Source: Massalongia carnosa | Lineage: Eukaryota | Assembly (NCBI GenBank): GCA_965645245.1 | Contig: OZ287075.1 | Location: forward strand, 248,001 to 312,000 | Direction of reading: 5' to 3' | DNA length: 64,000 nt | Shown: in pieces, positions 25,654-38,221 of the stretch | Numbering within the stretch: the first letter of the stretch is position 1 | Layout: each line of letters opens with the position of its first letter | Translations under genes and position numbers: made by a program | Notes under the pieces: model-generated | What the model was told of the DNA's origin: nothing | The model's database searches: none | The model's input: only the letters and a program-made list of their open reading frames with translations

Positions 25654-28093
25654 ATGATGACCTCCATCACAACATCAACTAATGAGATGTTTACAGAAGC
25701 CAATGGGTCAGATTATACCATAAATCCACAGAGCGGTAAGCCATGTTGTAAACGTTGTCCAAGTGGTATGTCACTAGTATTTTATTGTACTGACGCTGCC
25801 CACAAAGATGACATCTCGGAATATCAAAACAGTATCTCCAAGGAAGAACTCCATACTACGTCTTCCCTGGAGGGCCTCCAAACTGATGAGCAGCGGATGA
25901 TACTCGACACAGTCGCCCAGATTCGCAAATGCGGTCTTGAAAGCATCTTGTCGCTCCCACAACTTGCTGTCTGCGGGGATCAGTCAGCTGGCAAAAGTTC
26001 GGTTCTGGAAGCACTTACGGAGATCCCTTTTCCTCGAAACGATAACCTCTGCACAAGATTTGCGACAGAAATCATTCTACGTCGTGCCACAACCAATTCT
26101 CTGACGATCAAGGTTATTCCGGACACCAGTCGACCTGCGACTGAGCAGGAGTCAATTGCAAGATTCACAGAATCTATCATAGACTTCAATGAGCTTCCTG
26201 GTTTGGTGAACAAGGCAATGGCTGTTATGGGCATAGACGCCGCCTCAAACCCGAAAATCAACTCTCGTGCTTTTGCCAAGGACGTTCTAAGTGTGGAGAT
26301 CGAAGGTCCCTCTCGGCCTCAGCTTACCTTAGTTGACCTCCCAGGCCTTATTCAGACGGAGACTAAAGGTGTGACCAAAGCAGACGTAGATCTTGTTGCA
26401 GAGATCACAGACCACTATATCTCCCAGCCTCGTACCATATGTCTGGCTGTGATATCCGCCTCCAACGATTACGCCAACCAGGGTATCCTAACCAAGGTCA
26501 GGACGGTGGATCCGAAAGGAGAGCGCACCCTCGGTATCATCACAAAGCCAGACAGACTCTCGTCGGGCTCAGGGAGTGAGCAAGCCTTCATTAGCTTGGC
26601 ACGTAACGAGGACATATTTTTCAAACTTGGGTGGCATGTTCTCAAAAATCGGACTTTTGAAGAGGGGTCTAGTTCCTTTCTAGAGCGTAACGTATCCGAG
26701 GCAAGTTACTTCCGAAGATCTAATTTCAAGAAATTATCCAAGGACTGCGTCGGTATTGACTCCTTGAGGTATCGTTTAAGCCAGCTACTTTTTGATCATG
26801 TTAAACAGGAGCTTCCGAAACTACGAGAAGATCTTGACGTCGCACTAGCTGATTCCAAGAGTCAAATGGAGATGATGGGAAAATCACGCGCAACCGCACA
26901 GGAGTGTAGATCTTATTTGACGCAACTCAGCCTCGACTATTACGAGGTTTGCAAAGCAGCGGTTAACGGACATTACGAGGGTGACTACTTCAACCGAAGC
27001 ACCGATCAGGTGTTCTCTCTCACGTCTCCAATGACGATACGCAGGCTACGAGCTGTTGTTCAGTTCATGAATACTGAATTCGCTAAAGCACTCCGCACCA
27101 CGGGTCATAAATACCATTTTTTGCAGTTTGAGAAAGTTTCAAGCTCGGAGGAGCCAGACTGGGAGACTTCGTCCGTTGATGATACCCCTACAGCTATTTC
27201 AATCCCGACTCCAGGTAGGCCAACTACCGTGACAAAATCTCAGGCACTTGACTGGGTTAGTCAGGTCTTGATTAGAACCCGTGGAAGAGAGCTTTCCGGC
27301 AATTTCAATCCCCTTCTGGTGGGTGAGCTATTTTGGGAACAGTCATCTAACTGGCATCGTATAGCGCTCGATCATGTAGATCGAGTGGCGCGGATCTGCC
27401 AACGATTTTCTTGAGGCTCTGCTCCAAGAAAGGTGTCCTGAGGATTTACGGTCTCGTCTATGGTCCTTCCAACTCCGAGATACTTTGAAAAGGAGGAAGG
27501 AAGCCTCCGTCCGAGAGCTTGATATGATCATGGAGGATATAAAGAGCTATCCGGTCAACTATAACCACTACTACACTGACACGATCAGGAAGCGTCGCCA
27601 AGCGAGAGAGAAGAATGCTTTAGCCAAATGTTTAGCTGCTGCAACCCAGGAAAACCGGTATGAGAATGATGAAGTCATGGGCATGAGGACGGAGCTCGAT
27701 ATCGAGCAGGTTGTAGAGGACTACATGGAAAATAGCAATTCCGACATGGAGAAGCATAGCTGCGAAGACGCTCTTGACTGCCTTTTCTCCATCTACAAGG
27801 TTACTTTTACTCCAAACCATCCTGGGCTTATACGCTAATCTTGCCCCCAGGTGTCTCAGAAAACCTTCATTGCCAACATTACGACTCAAATCATCGAGCG
27901 ACACATTGTCCGTGGCCTCGAAACAATCTTCTCCCCCGTCGCAGTCATCAAACTTTCGGACGTTGAGACCGAGGCCATCGCGTCGGAGCCTGTCTCGGCG
28001 AAACGCCAACGTGAGTTCTTAGAGGATAGGATCAGGAAGTTGAAAGACGGTCACGATATTTTCCGTGGTGTGATCAAAAGCGCCTCGCTGTAG
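25654..28093 (+). pseudogene. Mx-like dynamin-family GTPase with C-terminal GED; one +1 frameshift at 27406-27409 (pseudogene or sequencing error)
   Basis: G1 GDQSAGKSS, G2 CTR, G3 DLPG, G4 TKPD. Probable introns at 25736-25807 and 27800-27850. Removing one T from the TTTT run gives the continuous QRFLEALLQERCPEDLRSRLW through to a GED-like end (KTFIANITTQIIERH...RKLKDG). Confidence 0.88.
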
Positions 28094-30419
28094 AGGGTTA
28101 GCTGGGTTCATAACTCTTTCATCGTCTGCCCAGCTCTTTCCTCTCAAAGGTTTATTCATGATTTACTCTTTAGGATCATTCAAGTTTAGACTTAATGCGA
28201 ATATGAGACTATTTTAGAAGGTCCTCTTAGGTTATACAACAAACTGTAAGGCGAGAAGCCAACGGTACAGACTTTCACTTCCCCGAATCCCAGCCCGGCT
28301 TAAGATTAGCCATATTCCATCTCGACAACCTTTCCCGATGCGCTACAGAAAAATCCATACCCAGAAACAGATATAAAAATGACGTTGCGCTGGCGTTGAA
28401 CCTACAGCGATAGATCAAGCAAATTCACCTACAGAACCCGAAGTCCTCCCTGTGCCAAAGAGTCAACCGTACAGCGTATTCCTTTCTCCTTCGTCGTCCA
28501 ACAAAATCCGATCGTCGGAAACTGTTTAAAGCAAAGAATCCTATCCAGCTATCGCGATACATCACCCAACCGACCTGGTTTCCCTACTTCTATCACCATC
28601 AGTTAATCAACCAATCAAACAAAAGCCACTCCTCTGACCATAAATCAGCGCTAGTTCAAATCCCCTTAAGCAGTAGTGCTGGATGTAGTAGTAGCAACCT
28701 CTGACTACGATTTTAGCTTTTTTCTTTCTTTCTATCTTTCTTTGGAATCGGGACTTGCATACTTAGTGCGCTCGTTTCGGGTATCTGTTGGTTGATATGT
28801 ATGTGTGTGTGTGTGTGAATAGACGGCTTGGAATCGGGGGGGAGTGTGGCGGTCCTGCTTTTTAGGTTTGGGCCGCGGAGGAGGTGAGCCCTGTTCTACA
28901 GTTCCTAGATATAGGGTTGTAACATCTCGTTGTTCGATCATTCGTTCTTTCTTACAGTGCCCACCCTAAAGTCTTTGCTTCAATAACCCATCAATAGATA
29001 AACAGATATCTAGAAACGTGTATATTGACCAACTTCCCAGAATTGGGGAACAGTGAGCGGTGGCTTCAATGTGTTGAGACAGAGCGAGAGACAATTTGGA
29101 GGAGGGAGAGGGTTGGTTTAGCTGTCTGCAGGAAACGGGAGTCTGGGGCAGAAAGGAACGGCGGAGGATTCCGCGGTCCTGGCATTTCCTCTTTCTTTTC
29201 TATTCTTGTTCGAGCCATCTTTTCGTTTTCTCTACTGTTGGTTCTCGCGTCTCGCTGATATGCAGAATCCTTCCTTTTCCCCTTTCGCTCTATTTCCCCT
29301 TTCCACTTTCCTTCACTTTCTTAATCTTCTAACCATCCAACTCCTCACCCAAACCAAAACTCCTATCTAGAAATCCCCCAAATCCCTCTCTTTCACTTCC
29401 TCCTCAAACCCAACCCAAACCTAGATATTATCTATTGATGAGGAGAAGAAAGAGGGAGATTCCGGGGCGGTGAAATTGAGTGGTTGACTAGGTGGGGATC
29501 AAGTATTAGGGATTTTTAATGATTGAGTAGGCGTTTTGCTACTTGTGGGTAGTGTGTACAAAAGATAGGAAGGGGGAACCGTCTTTCCCGGGTCGGTGAT
29601 GTTTAATGAGGGAAGAAGAAGACGTACTGTGCTGGCTGGGTATGCCTAAATGAAGGGTGGACAATGATGAGAGAAGGAGGAGGAGAAGGGGAAGCGGTGG
29701 GTACAAATGCGGAATGCGGAATGACCGTTAGAGAGATCGTGCTAGAAATTTTATAAAATTATACGATATGATATAAGATTTCGATATCTCGTGCGCATGC
29801 AGGAAGGCCGAGAGAAGGGAATATGTAAAATCTTCCGGGTTCAGAAATTAGAACGAGGAAAAGAGATAGAATAGGAGGAATCTAGAAGAAAGAAGACAGG
29901 TGAGCGAATGACTTGGACTAGTGACATCCCCCACAGATTCAGTCAAATTTTCGGGAACTTGACACGCGGCAGAGTGTTTTCTTGAGAGCATGATTAGAAG
30001 AAGGAAAAGAAAAGAAAAAAGAAAGAATATTATGCCTCTATCTTCTGTCACTTCCTCTTCTCCTTTCCTCCCTTGTATCTTCCATCTTCGCTCAAGTGCC
30101 TCCTTCCTCCAAAAACCATAGAGTCGCTGATGCTAGTTATGACGCTAATAACAATATAAAACCGACGGGTCATTTTTCCACTTTAGAAGAAGGGAAAGAA
30201 TTTCCTCAGCCCGACGGACAACTAGTTGGTTGGGTTCTAAGAAAGCTCACTCACTTTCGGGGCCTCTTCCGAGGCCTCTTCTGAAGCTGGTGGGAGTAGT
30301 GTGATGGCCTGTAGCGCCTACGAAAGGTCTTTCGAAGCAGTTTCTTATTGCATATCATATTTGTCCTTTATCATCTTGATTGACCAAACATATTGCGTAT
30401 GTCGAGAATAGTGGATATC

Positions 30420-31436
30420 AATAGGCAGGTTGAAAAAAGAGGAACAACACTATTTTTTTTACATGAAAGTAGTAGAGTTCAAGAGTCTGTTTGTTCATCA
30501 AAAAGATGCGGTCCTTGGACTCATAAATGAATATGCACGAGCGGTGTGAACAATCAAACATGGCTCCAAGGTCTGCTTCAGCGATATAAATTCGTGTCAT
30601 GTGCTTGAATCCACGTCTAGATGAAGAATACTATGATCGTATAATTTTACCTACCCAAACATGAGGGTGAGTGAATCTTCTCCCACACGTTTCCAGCTAC
30701 CGGTGCCCAGCGTCAACAGGTAGAGTTTTCTTCCCTAGAAGAAGAACAGAACCTACGACGTCCACGAGCTTATTCTTGCGAAACATGTCCACAATTGCAG
30801 AAATATTCTCCACTTTATTCTTCGCTGGTGGATACGGATACGCCTACATGCGGCTATTTCTATAACACTTAAACGTAAAGGTTTTCACTAAGGGCGCAGC
30901 AACCAAGTCTACCTCCACATCGGTGGCCGGCTCAGTCAAAAGAACCTGAATTATGTCTCTAATGTCAGAATAACACACGCCTATATAGGGCTTACTCCTA
31001 ATAACGCGAGACGAGGTGGAGAGCTGGATGTAGCGTAAGCGCAGAAAACAATGCGGGTAGATCAAGCCTGAGACCCTGGCGGATTTCGAACGCCCCCAAG
31101 TACTTCCCGCAAGTTGAATGATGTGCTGAGGTTCGGATCGTAGGAAGGGTTGAGGCTTGAACGAGAGATCGAGGGAATGGCATGGCGACGCCGGCAGTGT
31201 TGCGTGAGTCAAGAAAGTGATTTGAAAAATATCTCGATCGTATAGGATCCAACTAGTCTCATAGTATATATGTTTGCCGGTTCGTAGAATTGTAGGATGG
31301 ATGTTGAAGGAACGGTCCCGTCAAGCCTGGAAATGATAAAGGGTATGGACTTTCCGGGCTCGGGGTTGAGGAGTTCTTCGTAGATTTAGGTGCTAACCTC
31401 GAGAGGCAGACCGAGAAATAAACACGATGATTGCAT
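30420..31436 (-). pseudogene. Disrupted F-box-like hypothetical gene; 3' end approximate
   Basis: MQSSCLFLGLPLEVST*IYEELL...HPTILRTGKHIYYETSWILY is a typical fungal LPxEIRxxIY...ILRTxKxIYxE pattern. In-frame stops at ~31386, ~31321 and 30844. Confidence 0.65.
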
Positions 31437-33783
31437 GCTTATAGACTATTGATGAAATGGGCAGGAGATGGGCAGGGAGGTAGAGAGGATGTAGTTTGAA
31501 AGTAGGTATTAGATAAGGCACGTGATTCAAGGAGTTAATCACGTAATAGAAATAGAACCGATTTTTACATAAACGGCTCTGTTAACGTCCAGAACTGAAG
31601 CAGCATAATTATGAGGCATCTCGCCAGGTTGACTAACTCTCAACCTCTGGAATAATATTAACTGAGCCAACTCACCAAAGAATTCGAAAATCTTTCCCTC
31701 ATCAACGATTATAGTAACGGATCAGGATCTTACAATGCGGCGAATTAAAAAAAGCGCTAAACACCCCTTTGCGAGAGAGAGAAGGATTAACTAAGATCCA
31801 TCTCGACACCTGGGCAGTTTCATGACGATTCAGCTCCGATGAACGATCCATCACCAAGTTTGGTAGAATGCACGCCGTCATTGGGTAAGCTGGCGCGAAA
31901 TCCATAAATCCTTGAGAATCATCAAAGGTCGGATAGGAGGCTGCTTAGAAGCTATTTTCTTTCCATTCGCCACTCGATTTTTTTCACATGTAATTCATGT
32001 CTATCATTTCTCGTCATTGGAGGCTTCTCAATTCTCTTCGCCTACTGCGCTCTCAAGCCCCTCTTTTTTTTTTGGCCAGCAATCCCGCTCTATATAACTT
32101 TCCAATTGGGCAACCGATGCCTTTCCACGCGAAACCGGTTTCCAAGCAGATAATCCAGATGCATAGGACCCTGCAAAACTTGAGACGGGGCTTGGACTTT
32201 GCCTTCGTCTCGGATCTCATCTCGACTCAGCATCTGGAATCCACGCTCATCGCACTCGGCTCAATTTTCCTCTAGAACTTCGTCCATTTCCATTTTCCAA
32301 TAAACCCCCTCCCTCAAAAAAATCCAAACCCATCGTTCGCTCGCCTTTCAGCCTCCCGCCTGCTGCCGCGCCCAACCCCTTCGCAGAAAAGACAGCCCTC
32401 ACTCTTTCCCCCAACAGGAGAGGTTTGCGCACCATATGCGTAGCCCCATGTTCGCTCGCTCTACCGGGCGCAAAACGACTGATTCTCGCGCATGAAGCAG
32501 ACAGGGGAGCATTCGAGTACGACCCCGCTTGTTGCGATATCTATATCGTATATCTTCTTTCCTGTTAGTAGCACTAGTAGATAGAACGGGCTGTGGGCAC
32601 GACTAGAGGCTATTAAGGCCTTCGTCACTGTTAGGCACGGGACGCCTAGCCAGCCACGTGACCCCGAAAAGGGGCACACGCCTATATAGCCCACGCTCGC
32701 TACTAGCTAGTAGAACAACTTTACGACGTAGTCATACGTCTGGTGCCACGAGTTGGAGTAAACCCACATTTCCCTTCCTTGTCTTATTAGCAAACCCCCC
32801 CCCCCCCTTTTCCCCATGTGTACATATTAAAACAAACAAAGATTTACCTTCCGTAACTGTAAAACCCCCGTGACGCCGGAATCTTCCCCCATTAACTTTC
32901 CCTCGCGCTAAACACCCCACGCTCCCAGACACAACGGAAAGAGCTCGGCTACCTCCGGAAGACAGAACTGATTTTAAGTTACCATCATCAGATCAGATCA
33001 TCTCAACAGCTCCAGCAGCCCTACGAACCCGGAGCCGCGCGAGGGAAATCGCCATCTTGACCCACTTGTGATTTATTTATTTATTTATTCATTCGTTTCC
33101 TGGTCAAGTAAGGGGGAACTTTTTTTTAGAAAAATATATTTGGGTGGTCTTTCATGTCTGGAGAATTCTGATTTTTTCAGCTCTAGTTTTACTTGTCTAG
33201 TATTGCCCGTTCGATTTGATTCGGTTTGATTTAGTCTGGCTTGTTTGGGTGGGGTTTTCGACGGGGAAAAAAGCAGGACGTGGGAGACGGGCGGAAATGG
33301 GGATGACGATACGGAGGGTATGGCCGATTGTCGAGTTCTCTCTTCGATAGTCCTTTCCTTTTGGGACGGTCGTGTTGACCTGAGTTGACTATTTATTACC
33401 TGCTTATAGCGCTTACATGCCAATCCTGCTGAGTATTTCCTCATTTCCTCTTACGGTTCTCAACTCCGTTGAATGCTTGCTTACTTGCTTGCCTGATACG
33501 AAGAGTATGAATTAGACACACGTCGACTCCCTCTTCTCATTCATTTGTTTTACCGCCTGGTCTAGGTCCGGGTTAGCTCTGGGTGGTGTAACCAGCCTTG
33601 GGAAGGAAACAGAGGGGATGGGATCTTGAAATGGAGGCATGGAGGGATGAATGGATGAGGGGATAAAAGGTCGAGGTGAGCTTTTTGAACAGGATGAAGG
33701 ATCGATAAATCAAGATAGTCAGAAGATAACTAGGCTGAGAAGTTGCCGGTGTTTCTCTGAATGTTGCGTCAAGAAGCAAATTT

Positions 33784-35126
33784 TCACGAAGACTTTATAC
33801 AAAATTTACACGATTGAAGAGATGCCTCTCCGGTCGCCCGCATCCCCTTTGGTGGAAGGCTCGGACGCAGCGCTCCCTTTGGACATTCCTCGAGGATACC
33901 CTGGCGGCGGGTACGCTTGCTGCATTCCGCCGTGGTAGACGAGAGGTTTTTTGCCAGACCCTGCGCTGGCGGGGCGTGTGCACTTCTTGATGAGCTGGTC
34001 GTAGAGTGGTTTGAGGGTGGGGATGGAGCCGCAGATGATAAGGCAGAAGAGCTCGGCTCTGGGCGAAGGGAGGGGTTAGTAACTTGGTTTCCAGGAACTA
34101 GGGGAGGATGAGGGAACGTTAAACAAGGAAGGGAGGGTTACGCTGTCCATGCGAAGAGGTCGAAAGTCGCCCCTGGGGTTGAGGTTAGTGGGATTCTGTT
34201 GGAGGTGGATGAGAAAGAACTTACAGGTAAGATCGGACCTGACGCTCAAACCGGCCAGTTTCGAGGTTTTGATCATGGCGCAGATACCGGCGCTGATTTG
34301 ACTTGTCATTAGCCTTGATCGGTAGCTTGGTAAACTTGGAGGGAGTAAATACAAGATTCCCAACCCTAACAGGACGCATAATCCGAGTTTCTTCCGAACT
34401 GCCATGTGCAGTTTCCAGATTATCGAAATAGGCAGCAAGGCCAAGCAGACATCCATGAAAGCATTCCAGCCTACCCGGTAATCAGCATGGTTTTCATTTA
34501 CCTTCGACCTAAGAAGCTGAGGTGCTCACTTGCTGAAAAAATCGCAAAGTTAACTTGCACCCTCGGATCCCAGCACCTGCCCCCCGGCACATATGTCCAC
34601 AGCGCCCTCGGCGGATTGCATTGTACGTACGTCAATATGGCCCCTGAGGTGCTGAAGGCGAAGGTGGAAACCATGCAGAAATATAGAAAGCGCCGGCACC
34701 AGACGTCGGTCGAGCTGATAATCCTTAACATAACACACGCAACGGAGATCTTGGCGGCAGCGAGGGATATAATGCCGAACGTTTGGGTCATCCAGTTTAG
34801 CTTTAGGACCGTAGAGATATCGGTGATGTGGAGGTAGTAGAGGTGCCGGGCGCCTCCGTGGGAAGCGGTCAGGGTGGCCAAGACCCCAGGGATGATGACA
34901 AGAACCTGACGTTTGCTGTTGGTGGGTTTGGTGGAAGAGTATAATATTTCCTTACCATGGTAAACAGCATGGTCCAATCATCCAGACCTATGCTCCTGAG
35001 TTTGATGCGCGAATAAAACCTCAGAGCGACAACGATCACTCCAATTGAATACTCAACCCAATACATAACAAGAAGCTTCCACGCCCTGTTCTCATCAGGA
35101 GGGAGGGGCTTGGCAACTGGAGCCAT
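33784..35126 (-). CDS. PTH11-like / fungal rhodopsin-domain integral membrane protein, multi-exon, no CFEM domain
   Basis: VALRFYSR...GLDDW, AKISVA, QCNPPRALW, MDVCLALLP..IIWKLHM..RKKLG and AELFCLIICGSIPTLKPLY occur in successive exons separated by short GT-AG introns. Confidence 0.88.
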
Positions 35127-35497
35127 TGTCGACACAACGGTTTTGAAATCGCCTTGTATGCAGCCAAAGAAAACTTCTAGAAAAAAAAGCGTAACATGAC
35201 CTCATATTCATACCTTTGGCATCGAAGGCTATCATCTCTTTCCCCTCCTCTACCCTCCTGCGATGGGGGCCGAATGAAGCAAATAGGCATCGATTGCCCC
35301 ATGTACCACTCGGGATGTCGTGCATATGAGCGGATCTGCACTCCATATGCACCCCTAGAGACTATAAAAATAGGAACCTTTAACGTTCTCCATTCACCGT
35401 CCCGGTTGAGTTGAGAAATACTTCCTGACCAGTGTCGCGTGAGCGCATCTCCACGCCAAGTCCTGCACCATGCATCGAGAAAACCTGGCAAAGCATA

Positions 35498-36780
35498 CAC
35501 CTTTTCCGGGGGGTTATTTGTTAGTGGTGTACATGCAGGGGTAAAAATCCGCTAACCTTTTGAGGTTTACTTCTTAGGCATCTCATCCCAAAAAGAAAAT
35601 TCATTTCGATCATTCAGAATGGAAGCAACAGTGCCCCCCCCCTCAACGCCCAAAAAGCAGTCTGATTTAACGCGAGACCAGCGTATTCAGGTCACCACAT
35701 TAAGAGAAATTGGATGGTCATACGAGCAAATTGCTAAACATTTGGGCATTACCATTCGTCAAGTCCAATACTCCTGCACCGCCGGTCGCCCTACTCCGCA
35801 GAAAAAAAATTGCGGCCCACGCAGCATTATTAGTGACGATGCTCGTCAAATGTTAATCAATTTCGTATGCGCTTCTGCAGAAAACAGGCGACTTTCTTAC
35901 GCTCAACTAGCTTGGAAGCTTGGTTGGAATGTCTCTGAAGATGTTATACGAAAAGCATTGAAAAAAGAAGGATTTTCGAGACGCATTGCTCGTAGCAAAC
36001 CTCCGATTTCCGAAGTAAATCGCCTGCGACGATTGGAATGGTCATTGGAGCATTTAAACTGGACGAAAGAGCAATGGAATTTTATACTGTGGAGCGACGA
36101 GACTTGGGTCAACGGCACGCGTCATCAACGCGTATGGGTAACCAGACGAGCTCATGAAGAGTTGGACCCTACCTGTATTGTTCCTCGTTTGAGACGACAA
36201 GGCGGATGGATGTTTTGGGGCTGCTTTGCGGGCATACAAAAAGGGCCATGTCTCTTTTGGGAGAAGGATTGGGGGACTATCAATAAGGAATCATACTGCG
36301 AGCGTATAGTGCCTCTTGTACATGGTTGGATACGTATGCATCCGGAGCTACAATTCATGCAAGACAACGCGCCTGGCCATGCAGCAAATTTTACTATTCA
36401 GGAACTTCAAGAACGCGATATTTCGACTATTCTATGGCCCCATTCTCGCCTGACTTGAACCCTATAGAAACTGTATGGGAAATCATGAAAAATTGGATTC
36501 AGATGCACTATGGAAATGAAGACAAACTGTCCTACGATCAACTACGTCAGGCAGTGAGGGAGGCATGGGATGCGGTCGGTGCTGATCAGTTAAATGAGCT
36601 GATCGAGTCCATGATGGAGCGATGTCAGGCAGTTATTGATGCCGAAGGAAAGCATACCAAATTTTAAAGAAGTTTGATTGGTCAACTTTATTGCGCCCGT
36701 TCTAAAATAATCCCTGTCTTCCCCCCTGTCTCCCCCCCCTGCTTTGTACCTCCCTAACAAATAACCCCCCGGCGTAGGTG
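35498..36780 (+). mobile_element. Complete Tc1/mariner DNA transposon (1283 bp) with imperfect TIRs and TA target-site duplication
   Basis: The left end TA|CACCTTTTCCGGGGGGTTATTTGTTAG matches the reverse complement of the right end CTAACAAATAACCCCCCGGCGTAGGTG|TA. Confidence 0.93.
35619..36667 (+). pseudogene. Tc1-type DD34E transposase with a single 1-bp deletion frameshift at ~36438-36441
   Basis: HTH N-terminus, WSDETW and QDNAPGH. WPPFSPDLNPIE is restored by adding one C to the CCCC run. D-to-E spacing is 34 by hand count. Confidence 0.92.
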
Positions 36781-37576
36781 TACAAGCTCATATCACGAGA
36801 CCTTGCTTCGCGCAGTTTTAGTGCAAGTATGTCCTATTTCGCTATAAAAAGGAATTACATAACCTATAATATTAGCTACCGCTTGGAAGGCACAAACACA
36901 TGCGCATACGCCGTGATTCGATATGACCGTCGTAACGATGTAACAAGAGGAACGAGCTGAAAAAAAGAAAAATTCTGCGAAAATGCCCCCAAAAACCCGT
37001 TGAGCCGCAAGCCAATCAACATCCCTGCCCATTTCTAGCCCTAACTTATCCCGTTTTTCTAGCCCTAACTCTAGCCTTAACCTAATCGCCTGGGTAGTTG
37101 GACTCCTAACAATATAATCAACACAATCAGGCTACCTATCACGGCTCTTGCTCTGACAAGTTCTTGGACTCAAGGGCGACTGTGTTAACTAGCCATCTTT
37201 AGGCTTCACCAGAATCTTAGTTGAACCGCCCGATTGTCAAGGCGTACAAGGTAATTACATGTTACGAACTTAGAAAGTACTCCTGTTGTGCGGAAGCGCG
37301 CCTGCAAGGAACCTGCACGCTGGTGGTTTAGATATGCGGTGGGGGCCGTCGGATGTGGTTACCTACATATGGGTACAGAATACCACGAGCCATTCTGCGG
37401 ACAGAGCATGGAGTGCAGTATTCCCTCTCCACGCTGAGAACATCAAGAGGGTGATTAGGAGCATGTACGACCGGTCAGGACTTGCTATGAAAAACACGCC
37501 TTTCGATCATCACACGTTGATAAGTTTCATCGTCGAGGTCCTGTACAAAATGATAGGAATGCCATCTAAGATGCTA

Positions 37577-38221
37577 CTAAGTAATAATACTCCCACTCCT
37601 CCCAAGATGACCACACCCGCCCCCTCTGCGTGAATGTGGATAGTATACCCATAAAATGCACTCTAAATTCCCATCCTCCAGCATCCCGACCGCTTCCACC
37701 ATCGTTTCCAGCTCCTCCTCATCAATGTGGGGAAGCTTAAGCCCTTGTTGGCTTGTCATGGGGAGGAGGCGCCGGAAATCGAAGTAGCCCTCTACGTTAC
37801 CTCTCGCAACAAGCGTCTTTGCCCGAAACCGCACGAGCTCCGGAAGGGTGGCGATAAACCCGTCCCCGAAGCCGACAACGTCCGGAATCCGTGGGACAAA
37901 CGGGCCGTCGATGAGCACCGGTTCAACCGGAACGTTGAACAGGCACTCACCATCAGGGGCCAGTTGGTCCCACTTGTTCACTCCGTCCATGTCCTTGTGG
38001 AAGCCCCCCCGCCTATTGACGATCGCATCGTCAAGGAATGCCAGGGACTCGGAGCTAACAAGAATATCAGCATCCTCGGTCTTGCGGTCTGACATTCCGT
38101 GAGCGATGCTAGCGGCACCGCCGATCAATATAAGTGATCGGCGGAGATCACGGGGCAGTTCCGCACAAGCGGCGGCGTAGGCGTTGAGAAATGCTTGTTG
38201 GAGAGGCGTGAGGGAGGACAT
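37577..38221 (-). CDS. Hypothetical protein with a pol-beta-superfamily nucleotidyltransferase-like motif (AbiEii/DUF1814-like); C-terminus possibly degenerate
   Basis: LILIGGAAS...RKTEDADILV fits the hGGxA...RxTxDxD signature. Intronless, 214 aa. Confidence 0.6.
   Translation of the reverse strand: MSSLTPLQQAFLNAYAAACAELPRDLRRSLILIGGAASIAHGMSDRKTEDADILVSSESLAFLDDAIVNRRGGFHKDMDGVNKWDQLAPDGECLFNVPVEPVLIDGPFVPRIPDVVGFGDGFIATLPELVRFRAKTLVARGNVEGYFDFRRLLPMTSQQGLKLPHIDEEELETMVEAVGMLEDGNLECILWVYYPHSRRGGGCGHLGRSGSIIT

Noticed and set aside
28630..28670. tRNA-like fragment (CTGA-CCATAAA-TCAG hairpin followed by GTTCAAATC)
   Set aside because: The T-stem and acceptor stem do not pair and there is no D-arm, so it is not a tRNA gene.
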